From Chloroflexota bacterium (GTDB lineage Bacteria; Chloroflexota; UBA11872; VXOZ01): a stretch of DNA of 64,000 nt. Each line of letters begins with the position of its first letter. Positions within the stretch are counted from its first letter, which is position 1. The notes beneath the pieces were generated by a model. It saw only the letters and a list, made by a program, of their open reading frames with translations. It did not search any database and was not told where the DNA came from. The stretch is taken from contig OY760183.1 of assembly GCA_963663275.1 (NCBI GenBank), forward strand, positions 3,296,001-3,360,000. The letters are read 5' to 3'. Shown one piece after another: positions 46,938-56,156 of the stretch. A program made the translations under genes and the position numbers.

Positions 46938-49049
46938 CTAGATGAACAACGGCGCCAGCACCAGCGTAATCGTGGAGAAGAGCTTGATGAGCACGTGCAG
47001 CGACGGCCCGGCGGTATCCTTCAGCGGGTCGCCCACCGTATCGCCCACCACCGCCGCGTGGTGCGCCACCGTATTCTTGCCGATCGCGTTGCCGTCGGCG
47101 TCCTTCAGATGGCCCGCCTCGATGAACTTCTTGGCGTTATCCCACGCGCCGCCGCCGTTGTTGAGGATGGTTGCCAGGATGATGCCGGACATGGTGCCCA
47201 CCATCAGGAAGGCCGCTTCCGCCTCCCAGCGTAGCGCCACGCCCACGACGATCGGCGCGGCAACCGCCAGCACACCGGGCAGGATCATCTCGCGCAGCGC
47301 CGACTGCGTCGTAATGTCCACGCAGCGGGCATAATCGGGCCGCACCGTGCCCTCCATAATGCCGGGATTCTCGTCGAACTGGCGGCGCACCTCCTCGATG
47401 ATGTCGCTGGCCGCGCGCCCCACGGCGCGGATCGCCAGCGCGCTGAAGAGGAAGACCACCATCGCCCCGATGAACCCGCCGATGAAGACCTCCACCTTCA
47501 CCAGGTCCACCTGGATCGCCTCATGGGGCAGGTCCAACTTGTGGCGCACCTCATCCAGAAAAGCCTGGAAGAGCAGGAAGGCCGCCAGACCGGCCGAGCC
47601 GATGGCGTAGCCCTTGGTGAGCGCCTTGGTGGTGTTGCCGACCGAGTCCAGTTGGTCCGTAATCACGCGCGCCTCTTCCGGCGCGTCCGACATCTCGGTG
47701 ATGCCGCCGGCGTTGTCGGTAATGGGCCCGAAGGTATCCATCGAGAGCACGTAGGCCGCGCTCATGAGCATACCCATAGTCGCCACCGCGGTCGCGTAGA
47801 TGCCTTTCACCGCCGCGCTCACGCCTTCTACTTCCGCCAGCGTGCCCAGCCAGAAGGAGAGTCCCAGCGCCGCGGCAATCGCCAGCACCGACGTGGCGGT
47901 GGTTTCGAGACCGATCGCAAAGCCGCTGATGATGTTCGTGGCCGGGCCCGTGCGGGAAGCCTCCGCGATTTCCTTCACCGGACGCCAACTGCCGGAGGTG
48001 TAGTATTGCGTTATGTACACGAACGCCAGGCTGGTCAGAATGCCGACGGTGCCCGCCCAGAAGAACATCAGGTCTTCCAGCAGGTAGTAGACCGAGACGA
48101 ACATGAAAATAATCGAGAGCACGGTAATGACGTAGTAGCCCTTATTAAGGGCGTTCATGGGATTGTCCGGATTCGCGCCGCGCGCCAGCATGACGCCGAC
48201 GACCGAGGCCACCAGCCCAAAGGCGCGCACGATGAGCGGAAAGAGCACCCACGCCAGGTTGTTCGTCGCCACCGCCAGGCTCGCGCCCAGAATCATCGCG
48301 CCAATGTTCTCGGCGGCCGTAGATTCGAAGAGGTCGGCGCCGCGGCCGGCGCAATCGCCTACGTTGTCGCCCACCAGGTCGGCCACCACCGCCGCGTTGC
48401 GCGGGTCGTCTTCCGGTATGCCCTGCTCCACCTTGCCGACCAGGTCCGCGCCCACGTCGGCGGCTTTGGTGTAGATGCCGCCGCCAAGCTGGGCAAAGAG
48501 CGCCACGAAACTGGCGCCAAAGCCGAAGCCCACGATGCTGCTTACAACCGAAAGGGAGTTCTCCGGCGTGAGGTTGTTGCCGCCGTAGATCAGCAGCATC
48601 GCGCCGACGCCGATCAGGCTCAGCGCCACCACCAGGAAGCCGGACACCGCGCCGCCGCGCAGCGAGACTTTCAACGCCTCTTCCAGGCTGGAGCGCGCGG
48701 CGCTGGCCGCGCGGCCGTTCGACTGCACCGCGATGTGCATGCCGACGAAGCCGGAGATGCCGGAACACACCGCGCCCACCAGGAAAGCGATCGCGGTCTT
48801 GATGCCGAGTTCGGTATCGGACGCGAAGTAGCCGATGATCGCGCCAATCACGATTGCCGCCACGATCGCCAGCACGGCGATGGTGCGGTACTGCCGGTTG
48901 AGAAAGGCGGTTGCGCCCTCGAAAATCGTGCCCGCGATCTCCTGCATCTGCTGCGTGCCGCGGTCGCGGCGCAACACGTCGTACGCGAGCCAGATCGCGA
49001 ATATCACAGAAATGAGGCAGGCTATCGGCACTGCCCAGACAAGTTCCAC
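46938..49049 (-). CDS. hppA: Membrane-bound H+-translocating pyrophosphatase, K+-independent type
   Basis: GGGIYTKAADVGADLVGKVE, EDDPRN, DNVGDCAG and GDTVGDPLKD; GNTTKA lysine signature. Confidence 0.93.
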   Translation of the reverse strand: MELVWAVPIACLISVIFAIWLAYDVLRRDRGTQQMQEIAGTIFEGATAFLNRQYRTIAVLAIVAAIVIGAIIGYFASDTELGIKTAIAFLVGAVCSGISGFVGMHIAVQSNGRAASAARSSLEEALKVSLRGGAVSGFLVVALSLIGVGAMLLIYGGNNLTPENSLSVVSSIVGFGFGASFVALFAQLGGGIYTKAADVGADLVGKVEQGIPEDDPRNAAVVADLVGDNVGDCAGRGADLFESTAAENIGAMILGASLAVATNNLAWVLFPLIVRAFGLVASVVGVMLARGANPDNPMNALNKGYYVITVLSIIFMFVSVYYLLEDLMFFWAGTVGILTSLAFVYITQYYTSGSWRPVKEIAEASRTGPATNIISGFAIGLETTATSVLAIAAALGLSFWLGTLAEVEGVSAAVKGIYATAVATMGMLMSAAYVLSMDTFGPITDNAGGITEMSDAPEEARVITDQLDSVGNTTKALTKGYAIGSAGLAAFLLFQAFLDEVRHKLDLPHEAIQVDLVKVEVFIGGFIGAMVVFLFSALAIRAVGRAASDIIEEVRRQFDENPGIMEGTVRPDYARCVDITTQSALREMILPGVLAVAAPIVVGVALRWEAEAAFLMVGTMSGIILATILNNGGGAWDNAKKFIEAGHLKDADGNAIGKNTVAHHAAVVGDTVGDPLKDTAGPSLHVLIKLFSTITLVLAPLFI

Positions 49050-49050
49050 G

Positions 49051-50133
49051 TTACTGTGTACCTCCTGTCGTTGGCACGACACTGTGCTCCAACACCGCTC
49101 TCAGGGCGCTGAAGAATACTTCCATCTCTTCTTCGGTTCCAATCGTAATGCGCAGGTACCGCTCCAAACCGTGCTGCCGGAAGTAGCGCACCAGCACCTT
49201 TTGGGCTTTCAATGCCTCGAACACGTCCGCCGCCGCGTGCCGCGTCGGCTCCACAAAGAGGAAATTCGCATCGGAAGGGTAGACTTTGCAGGGGAAATCC
49301 CGCGCCAGCCGGGCGGCAACGCGCTTGCGGCGCGCGCCGATCTCCTGGCAGACCGTCCGCATCCATTCATAGTCGTCCAGCGTCGCCAGGGCTATCGCTT
49401 GGCTGGGACGGCTGACGCTGTACGAATCGCGCAACTTCCACATGGGTTCCAGGAGTTCGGGCCTTCCGAATGCATACCCGACGCGGACGCCGGCCAGTCC
49501 AAACGACTTGGACATGCTGCGCGAGACGATGATGTTGTCATACTGCCGCACCAGGGGCAAGGCGGAGGCCGAGGCAAAGTCCACGTAGGCTTCGTCCACA
49601 ACCACCAAGCCCGCGCACTGCTGCGCCAGACGCTCGATCTCCTCAGGCGGGGTGAACGTGCCGGTTGGCGAATTCGGATTCGAGATTGCCGTCAGCGTGG
49701 CCCCCACCGCCGCCAGTTCGTCGATGGGCACGGCAAAGTCGGGGCCCGGCTCCACCGTGACAATCTCGGCGTCCTGCATGTGCGCCCACACTTCGTAATA
49801 CGGATAGGTGGGGAAGGTGTAGGCTACGGTCTGTCCCCGGTCTACGTAGCCGCGAAAGACGAGGTTCAGAATCTGGTCGGAGCCGTTATCCAAGTAAATC
49901 CAATCGACGTCGATTTCGTAGATTTCGGATAGCTTTTGGCGCAAGTCCCGCGCCAGGGGATCGGGATACCGCGAAAGCGACTGGCTCGCCTGCCCTTCCA
50001 GCGCCGCCAGCGCCTTGGGCGAGGTGTAGGGATTCTCGTTCGTGTTGAGCTTGGTCCAGCCCGTACCCTGCGGCTGCTCGCCGGGCACGTACGGCGACAT
50101 ATCCTGGACGGCTTTGCGTGGAGTGGGAATCAC
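49051..50133 (-). CDS. hisC: Histidinol-phosphate aminotransferase
   Basis: YVPGEQP, KLNTNENPY, NPNSPTG, VDEAY and RSMSKSFGLAGVRVGY. Confidence 0.9.
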   Translation of the reverse strand: MIPTPRKAVQDMSPYVPGEQPQGTGWTKLNTNENPYTSPKALAALEGQASQSLSRYPDPLARDLRQKLSEIYEIDVDWIYLDNGSDQILNLVFRGYVDRGQTVAYTFPTYPYYEVWAHMQDAEIVTVEPGPDFAVPIDELAAVGATLTAISNPNSPTGTFTPPEEIERLAQQCAGLVVVDEAYVDFASASALPLVRQYDNIIVSRSMSKSFGLAGVRVGYAFGRPELLEPMWKLRDSYSVSRPSQAIALATLDDYEWMRTVCQEIGARRKRVAARLARDFPCKVYPSDANFLFVEPTRHAAADVFEALKAQKVLVRYFRQHGLERYLRITIGTEEEMEVFFSALRAVLEHSVVPTTGGTQ

Positions 50134-50267
50134 GTGACGTATCGCCTCTCGAAGAACCTATGGCGCCGGCCTTGTGGGCAATTCCGGCCCTGCCGCCGCT
50201 TGACGCGCAACCGGCAGGCTTGACACATAGACAAAGTGAACCAAGACCGCGCACTGGCAACTGAGGC

Positions 50268-50296
50268 ATTATAGCGAACATTGTGAATAATGTCAC
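50268..50296 (-). promoter_or_regulatory. Promoter of hisC-hppA with an overlapping inverted repeat
   Basis: Minus-strand GTGACA-17-TATAAT; ACATT-GTGAAT-AATGT lies in the spacer. Confidence 0.55.
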
Positions 50297-50394
50297 GTGG
50301 GGTAGCCGTAGGCCGCGGGCGCGCTCGCGGCGTGATGCTCAGGGGAGACCTGTGCGAAACCTCGCTGAGTGGCGAAGTGTCTCCTCTCCCTGGG

Positions 50395-50764
50395 GAGACC
50401 TTTGCGTAACCGGGGAGGGAACAGACGAAGCTCAGCACGCGCCTCTTATCCCCTCTCCTGGGCTGACAGGGGTAGGCATTCTACATCCGACTTCACGTGT
50501 CATTCCGAGCGGAGCGCAGCGGAGAGTCGCTAAGAGCGCGGAATCTAAGGCTTTCGCTGCAAAAACGTCGGTTCTAGATTCCTCGCTCCGCTCGGAATGA
50601 CACTTGCCTACCCCTGTCAGCCTCTCCTGGGGGAGAGGGTTAGGGTGAGGGGGACTGTGCGGCGAATCGTGCCCAAGGCTTGCCCAATTGGCCGGATCCA
50701 ACGAGGATTCCCCCTCACCCCGGCCCTCTCCCCAGGGAGAGGGTGTCTATTTGCACGTCTTCTC
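50395..50764. mobile_element. Copy of the 19100 MITE, interrupted by a nested element
   Basis: GAGACCTTTGCGTAAC left end; interior collinear with 19100-19317; right end degenerate. Confidence 0.7.
50461..50622. mobile_element. Nested 162-bp MITE with perfect 18-bp TIRs GGCTGACAGGGGTAGGCA
   Basis: TIRs at 50461-50478 and 50605-50622; TCTCCTG duplicated; carries a GTCATTCCGAGC dyad. Confidence 0.88.
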
Positions 50765-50862
50765 CACAGGGAGCGGGAGTCTTCTCGCCTACCGGCCGGG
50801 GTTGTGCCTACGTCCCCTGTGTGCGTAAGTTCCCTCGTGTGCACACATTTTCCTTAACTAAG

Positions 50863-50900
50863 AGAAGCGGAGCGCCCCGTGAAGGGAACTCCGCTTCTTA
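50863..50900 (-). terminator. Probable intrinsic terminator after the binding-protein gene
   Basis: AGAAGCGGAG...CTCCGCTTCT stem immediately after the stop codon. Confidence 0.55.
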
Positions 50901-50921
50901 TGTCCGTTGAGGACAAGCGGA

Positions 50922-52277
50922 CTACATTATGCAGCCGCCCTCGGCCAGCCAGTTCTCCAACTGCCCTTGGGTGCGCTCCAGGCCCTCGGGCACCGTCAGC
51001 GTACCCGCCACCATCTCGTCCCAGGTCTCACGCCAACCGGCGTTGAACTCGGACTGCTTGAGGATCGTCGGCGTGATGCGGCTGTTGGCAGCCTGCATCA
51101 GGTAGACGTCGATGTTCTCATAGTCGGTGGTCGTGGCCGGCGTCACGTTCTTGTTGGCCACGTAGCGGCCGCCGCCCATCGCGGCTACCGCGTCCACCAC
51201 GTCGGCGCTGAACGTATGCTTCAGGAACTCCCAACCGCCGTCGGGGTTCACACCGGAGCCGCCCAGGTACATGGCGTTATTCGCCAGCGCGATAACGCGC
51301 CCGGCGGGGCCGTTCGGCATCGGCGCCATGCCAATCTCGAAGAGATTGTTCGGCGTGATGTTGGCCTCGAACGTGCGCACGTTGAACGAGCCGGTGTTGA
51401 ACATGGCCTGCGTGCCCTCGATGTACGAGCCGCCCATCACCTTGTGCTTCAGCGCCACGTCCACGTGGAACTGCACCGCTTCGCGGAAGGCGTCGGTCGT
51501 AAAGGTGGGCATCGTGCAGCCCTCATCCCAGAAGTCCGCGCCGTACGCCCAGGCGTACATGCAGAGGTAGGACGTGTAACCGGCGTAGAGCCGCGCGCCG
51601 CCCTGCACGATTTCGTCGCCGTCCATCTTGGTCAGCAACTTGGCGTCTTCCAGCAAGGCGTCCCAGGTCCACTCGCCGTCGGCTTCCTTCTCGTCCGGGG
51701 CCTTCAGGCCGGCTTCGGTAAAGAGATTCCTGTTGAACCAGATCTCTTTGCCGTTGCTGAACCAGGCCATGCCGTAGATCTTGCCCTGGTACTTCTCCGT
51801 GGTGGCTTCATAGAAGTCATCGGGCGCAACGTCCGGGTCCGCGGCCAGGTAGGGATCAAGGTTCGTGATGATTTCGGACTCGATGAACGGGCCCAACCAG
51901 GCAAAGTAGCCGTACACCGCGTCGAAGGCGATGCCGCCGGCCTGGGCCGCGCCGGCCTTGGCCGGCAGTTCGCCAAAGCTCGTGCCCGTCACGGTGAGTT
52001 CCAGATCGGGATGCTTGGCCGCGAACGTCTCGAAGATGTTGCCCCACGAGTTCTGCCAGATCTCATTCTGGGCCAGGTCCACGTGCAGGTAGTTGACCAC
52101 GGCGGCCTCAGGGGCCTTGACCTCTTCCGCCGCGGGCTTCGGCTCTTCCTTCGCCTCTTCCTCAACCGCCGCCTCTTCCATCGCGACCGGCTGCGCTCCA
52201 CAAGCCGCCAGCAGCAGTCCCGCGCCGGTCAGGGCGCTACCGCCGAGAAACGCTCGGCGTGACAGTCTTCTTCGCAT
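50922..52277 (-). CDS. Orphan family 1 (sugar-type) ABC substrate-binding Tat lipoprotein
   Basis: SRRAFL Tat motif, LAAC lipobox, WFNRNLFTEAGL and WTWDALLE; no permease or ATPase adjacent. Confidence 0.85.
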   Translation of the reverse strand: MRRRLSRRAFLGGSALTGAGLLLAACGAQPVAMEEAAVEEEAKEEPKPAAEEVKAPEAAVVNYLHVDLAQNEIWQNSWGNIFETFAAKHPDLELTVTGTSFGELPAKAGAAQAGGIAFDAVYGYFAWLGPFIESEIITNLDPYLAADPDVAPDDFYEATTEKYQGKIYGMAWFSNGKEIWFNRNLFTEAGLKAPDEKEADGEWTWDALLEDAKLLTKMDGDEIVQGGARLYAGYTSYLCMYAWAYGADFWDEGCTMPTFTTDAFREAVQFHVDVALKHKVMGGSYIEGTQAMFNTGSFNVRTFEANITPNNLFEIGMAPMPNGPAGRVIALANNAMYLGGSGVNPDGGWEFLKHTFSADVVDAVAAMGGGRYVANKNVTPATTTDYENIDVYLMQAANSRITPTILKQSEFNAGWRETWDEMVAGTLTVPEGLERTQGQLENWLAEGGCIM

Positions 52278-52425
52278 GCTCAACCTCCTAGTGCGGCATA
52301 CGCTTCCTCTGTTATTGCGCCCGCATGTGATTGCGCACGCGCCTGAAAACAGAGGAACTACCCCTATCGCATAGGGTTTCTACACAAACGACCACAGACG
52401 GGTTTCACCCCGTTCTTGCGCTGCT

Positions 52426-52454
52426 AGCATAGTCCATAAGGGCGCCATAGTCAA
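52426..52454 (-). promoter_or_regulatory. Sigma70-type promoter of the binding-protein gene
   Basis: Minus-strand TTGACT-17-TATGCT. Confidence 0.65.
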
Positions 52455-52514
52455 GTACCGCGCCGGCGCCGGCTTTCGCTCCGGCGTTTGCTGACGCGGG
52501 CGCAGGTCCGGCCT

Positions 52515-52868
52515 TCACCGCTTGCGCGGCTTCTCCAGCTTCCACTCCGCGCGCTGCAATTCGGCGCGGCGCAAGCGCGCCCGCCAGAGCCGCCCCCAGA
52601 ACACCGCCAACGGCATGAGCAACACTACAATCGCCGCCGGCGCCATCCAGTGGGTGCCGATGACGAAGATGAGCGACTCTTCCGTGCCAAAGATAATGAG
52701 AATCGCCCCGCCAATGAAGAGCTTGATGAGGATCAAAGACCAGATCAGCACCCAGCCGGGCACGGGACTCTCGTCGATCGACGGCTCGATAAGTTCCCGC
52801 GGACGCTCCGTGAGGAGCCGCAAGAGGGATTTGCCCAGGTCACGCTGTCCCGCCAATAACCGTTTCAT
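52515..52868 (-). CDS. Small hypothetical membrane protein
   Basis: Two hydrophobic segments followed by a basic tail (RARLRRAELQRAEW). Confidence 0.6.
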   Translation of the reverse strand: MKRLLAGQRDLGKSLLRLLTERPRELIEPSIDESPVPGWVLIWSLILIKLFIGGAILIIFGTEESLIFVIGTHWMAPAAIVVLLMPLAVFWGRLWRARLRRAELQRAEWKLEKPRKR

Positions 52869-53037
52869 GGTTTCCGATTATAGCGTATCGAGCCGCCGCC
52901 GCAAGCCCTTCCGCCGGGCCTGTGGCGACTAGCGCGCTTTTCCGCCTCGAGTCACCCGCCGGACACGCGCGCGGCGCGCCGGTTCACACGTCACCGCGGC
53001 CGCTACTGGGCTATACTGGAAAGGAGCGGAGCACGCT

Positions 53038-53110
53038 GCGGGAGTAGCTCAGTTGGCAGAGCGCTAGCCTTCCAAGCTGGATGTCGCGGGTTCGAGTCCC
53101 GTCTCCCGCT
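53038..53110 (+). tRNA. tRNA-Gly (anticodon TCC)
   Basis: Acceptor stem GCGGGAG/CTCCCGC, D-arm AGCTCAGTTGGCAGAGC, anticodon loop CTTCCAA, T-loop GGTTCGAGTCC; followed by CCCA rather than an exact CCA. Confidence 0.95.
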
Positions 53111-53285
53111 CCCATTTGTTTGACGATGCAGGCGCGCGCTACGATGGCGTGAGGGCGCGGCGCACAGGCATTGGGGCACGAAACGATGGCGCATGGCCGC
53201 GGCGCACAGGCGTAGGGGCACGACATGTCGTGCCCCTACGCCTTTTGTCGTGATACAACGCCGTCAACCCGTGCCAATACGCCTC

Positions 53286-53478
53286 CTTGCCTGTCTCTAC
53301 GTAGCGCGGGGGCTTGTCCCCCGCCGGAGGGTGAAGCGCGAAAAGCGATCACCGGCGGTTTCGCATGGGGAAACCCGTTTCCGCATAGCAATCCCAATTG
53401 TGCGCAGGTTGCAGACCTACGCCACCGGGGATGCGTGGCGCGATGTTTTCGCCATGAAACGCATTGCGGCGGCATTGG
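53286..53478 (-). mobile_element. Diverged ~190-bp composite repeat with IS4-like ends, inverted copy of 55747-56113
   Basis: Collinear with the reverse complement of 55747-55913, e.g. the shared GCGATCACCGGCGGTTTCGCATGGG. Confidence 0.7.
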
Positions 53479-53542
53479 TGCGCGGACTGCCCCAACTATG
53501 TCGTCTCGCGGGGCCATTCCTCGCGCGCAGCCGGCGGCGCAT

Positions 53543-54625
53543 TTACTCCCAGCGGAAGAAGCGCCAGGAAAGCAGCGCGGACGCAATCATGAAGAGCAGC
53601 AGGATACCGGCGCCTTGCAGCAGGGAAGCATATGGCGTCGCGTCCACCATGACCTGGCGCAGGATGTCGGCCAGGTAGGTCAGCGGGAGCGCCACGGCCA
53701 CCGGCCGCAGAAACTCGGGCATGAAGTCCAGGGGAAAGAGCGCGCCCGAGAGGAACATCATCGGGAAATTTATCATCTGCACGATGGCGATCAGCGCCTC
53801 CGCGCTGGGAGCGAGCGCGCCGAGCAAGAAGCCGAGCGCGAGGAACGACAGCGTGCCAAAGACGACGATCCCAATGATTGCCGGCCAGGATCCCACTACC
53901 TGTATGCGGAAGAACACCAGTGCAACACCCAGCAGAATGCCGGTTTGCAGGAAGGCGGTCGCCAACCGCACGATGATCATGCTGAGCAGCACCATCCAGC
54001 GCGCAACCGGAGTCGCCTGCAGACGCCGCAACAGCCGCTGCTGGCGTTGCTCCACAAGCGTGATCGCGCCAAAGAGGCCGAGTTGCGCCACCGAAAGCGC
54101 CAGTATGCCCGGCGCGATGTAGTCGATGGGACGGAAGCGTTCCGCCTGCACCGCGCGCGTTTCGATTGCCACCAAACTCGGCTGCTGGGTAAACTCGCGC
54201 TGCACGCCCTCCACCACCTGCTGCGCGACGCTCAACGCCGTGTCCGCCGCTTGCTGCTGGCTTACGTCCAGATGAACGTGGACCGTGGCCGGTTCGCGCC
54301 GCTGCCACGCCGCGGAGAGACCCTCGGGAATGATGACGACCGCCCGCCGGTTGCCCTCATGCAGCGCCGCCAGTTCAGCCTCCTCCGCGCCGGTTGATAG
54401 CTCGATGAGGGGAATGCCTTCCAGCGCCTGCGCTACCGCCTGGCCGGCCGGCCCTTCGTCCAACACCACTAAACCCATCGGCAGCGACGCGCTGTCGGAT
54501 TCGCCAAAGACGGAGCCGATGATGACCATCAGCATCACCGGAAAGGCCAGCGTCCAGAAGAGCGCCACCTTGTCGCGCGCGGCCTGCACGCCGGTGTAGT
54601 AGGTGAGCGTCCAGAGCGCCTTCAC
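53543..54625 (-). CDS. ABC-2 type exporter permease
   Basis: LFWTLAFP, DYIAPGILAL, LRRLQATP and FLSGALFP. Confidence 0.88.
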   Translation of the reverse strand: MKALWTLTYYTGVQAARDKVALFWTLAFPVMLMVIIGSVFGESDSASLPMGLVVLDEGPAGQAVAQALEGIPLIELSTGAEEAELAALHEGNRRAVVIIPEGLSAAWQRREPATVHVHLDVSQQQAADTALSVAQQVVEGVQREFTQQPSLVAIETRAVQAERFRPIDYIAPGILALSVAQLGLFGAITLVEQRQQRLLRRLQATPVARWMVLLSMIIVRLATAFLQTGILLGVALVFFRIQVVGSWPAIIGIVVFGTLSFLALGFLLGALAPSAEALIAIVQMINFPMMFLSGALFPLDFMPEFLRPVAVALPLTYLADILRQVMVDATPYASLLQGAGILLLFMIASALLSWRFFRWE

Positions 54626-55536
54626 TCGCGGATCGTCCTTCCCGTGAGGTGGAGAAACACGTCCTCCAGCGTGCCCCGCTGTATCCGCAGGTCATCCAGA
54701 CTCATGGCGGCATCGCCGGACTCTTGCAGCATGGCCGTCATGGTTTCGCGTATGTTCGTCGTGTGTATCGCGGCCGACCCATTCTCCACGTCAACGCGCG
54801 AGACCGCCGGCAACGACTCCAGCCGGCCTTGCGCCCCGCTGTCGGCAAGCGGAATCTCGATGGCGCGTTCCGGCACGTATTCGTCCACCAGGTCGCGGGG
54901 TGTGCCGAGCGCCAGAATCCTGCCGTGGTCGATGATGGCAACGCGCTGGCACAAGACCTCGGCTTCTTCCATGTAGTGCGTCGTTAGCAACACCGTCTTG
55001 CCCTGATCCCGCATCCGCTCCACGATGTCCCAGAGCGCCCGGCGCGCCTGGGGGTCCAGGCCGGTCGTGGGCTCGTCCAGGAAGACAAGATCCGGATCGT
55101 TGATGAGCGTCAGCGCCAGAGAGAGCCGTTGCTTCTGGCCGCCGGAGAGGTGCTGGTACTTGGCCTTGCGGCGCTCCCGCAAGCCTACCAATGCCAGCAG
55201 GTCGTCGGTGGGCGCGCTATTGCGGTAGAAGCTGGCGAAGAGCCGCAGGATTTCCTCCACGTTGAGCAGCGGGTAGAGTTGCGTCTGCTGCAACTGCACG
55301 CCGATCCGCGCCTTGACCGCCTCGCTCTCCCGCGCCGGATCAAGTCCCATCACGCGCGCGTTGCCGCCGTCCCGCTGGCGCAAGCCAATGAGAATCTCTA
55401 CCGTGGTTGTCTTGCCGGCGCCGTTCGGCCCCAGCAAGCCGAAGACCTCGCCTTCCTCTACGCTGAAACTCAAGCCGTCCACCGCCCGCAGATCGCCATA
55501 GGATTTTTGCAGGTCTTCAACGACAACTGCCGCCAC
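54622..55536 (-). CDS. ABC-2 type exporter ATPase (DrrA-like)
   Basis: GPNGAGKTT, LSGGQKQR, LDEPTTGLDPQAR and TTHYMEEAE. Confidence 0.9.
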   Translation of the reverse strand: MAAVVVEDLQKSYGDLRAVDGLSFSVEEGEVFGLLGPNGAGKTTTVEILIGLRQRDGGNARVMGLDPARESEAVKARIGVQLQQTQLYPLLNVEEILRLFASFYRNSAPTDDLLALVGLRERRKAKYQHLSGGQKQRLSLALTLINDPDLVFLDEPTTGLDPQARRALWDIVERMRDQGKTVLLTTHYMEEAEVLCQRVAIIDHGRILALGTPRDLVDEYVPERAIEIPLADSGAQGRLESLPAVSRVDVENGSAAIHTTNIRETMTAMLQESGDAAMSLDDLRIQRGTLEDVFLHLTGRTIRE

Positions 55537-55626
55537 AAGCAGGCCCTCTCTTCTCCGCCGCCCGTATCAAACACATCAAGCTGTTGCAGATTCCTCTTTA
55601 TACACTCCCATATTTGGGGGGAAATT

Positions 55627-55641
55627 GTTGCAATTGGCAAC
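55627..55641. promoter_or_regulatory. Palindromic operator candidate upstream of the exporter
   Basis: GTTGC-AATTG-GCAAC in an AT-rich promoter region; MarR-like by resemblance only. Confidence 0.4.
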
Positions 55642-55746
55642 TTCAAAGATAGTAGCATGAAAGGTTGACATTTGCAATTCGCCGCGGCGCCGGCGCAAAC
55701 GGGTGTGACCTCTCGACTGCCCATGCGTACCCCGGAGGGTTGTCCC

Positions 55747-56113
55747 CAATGCTGTCGCATTGAGCTCCATGGCGAACATTCCGCGTCACACACCCCCGGT
55801 AGCGCAGGTTGGCAACCTGCGCAAGCGTAAGATCACTCTGTGGGCGCCGTTTTCCCATGCGAAACCGCCGGTGATCGCTCTCTGTGCTTCACGCTCCGGC
55901 GGGGGACAAGCCCCAATGCTGTCGCATTAAACGCAATGAGAATGAAAACTGCGCTCGTTTCTCCGGTAGCGCAGGTTTGTAACCTGCGTCTTCCGTAGGG
56001 TCAATCCATTTCGTTTTCACTTTTCTTGTTCCGGCGGGGGACAAGCCCCCGCGCTACGTTAACGCGACAGCATTAGGGACAAGCCCCCGCGCTACGTTCG
56101 TGCGACAGGCAAT
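55747..56113 (+). mobile_element. Outer composite MITE with the 162-bp IS4-like MITE nested at 55914-56075
   Basis: Outer left end CAATGCTGTCGCATTGA; inner element bounded by CAATGCTGTCGCATTAA and TTAACGCGACAGCATTA with an 11-bp duplication GGGACAAGCCC. Confidence 0.8.
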
Positions 56114-56156
56114 CCCCAGGCGGCCTCCCGTCAGGACAACGACGGCCAAGCGCGCC

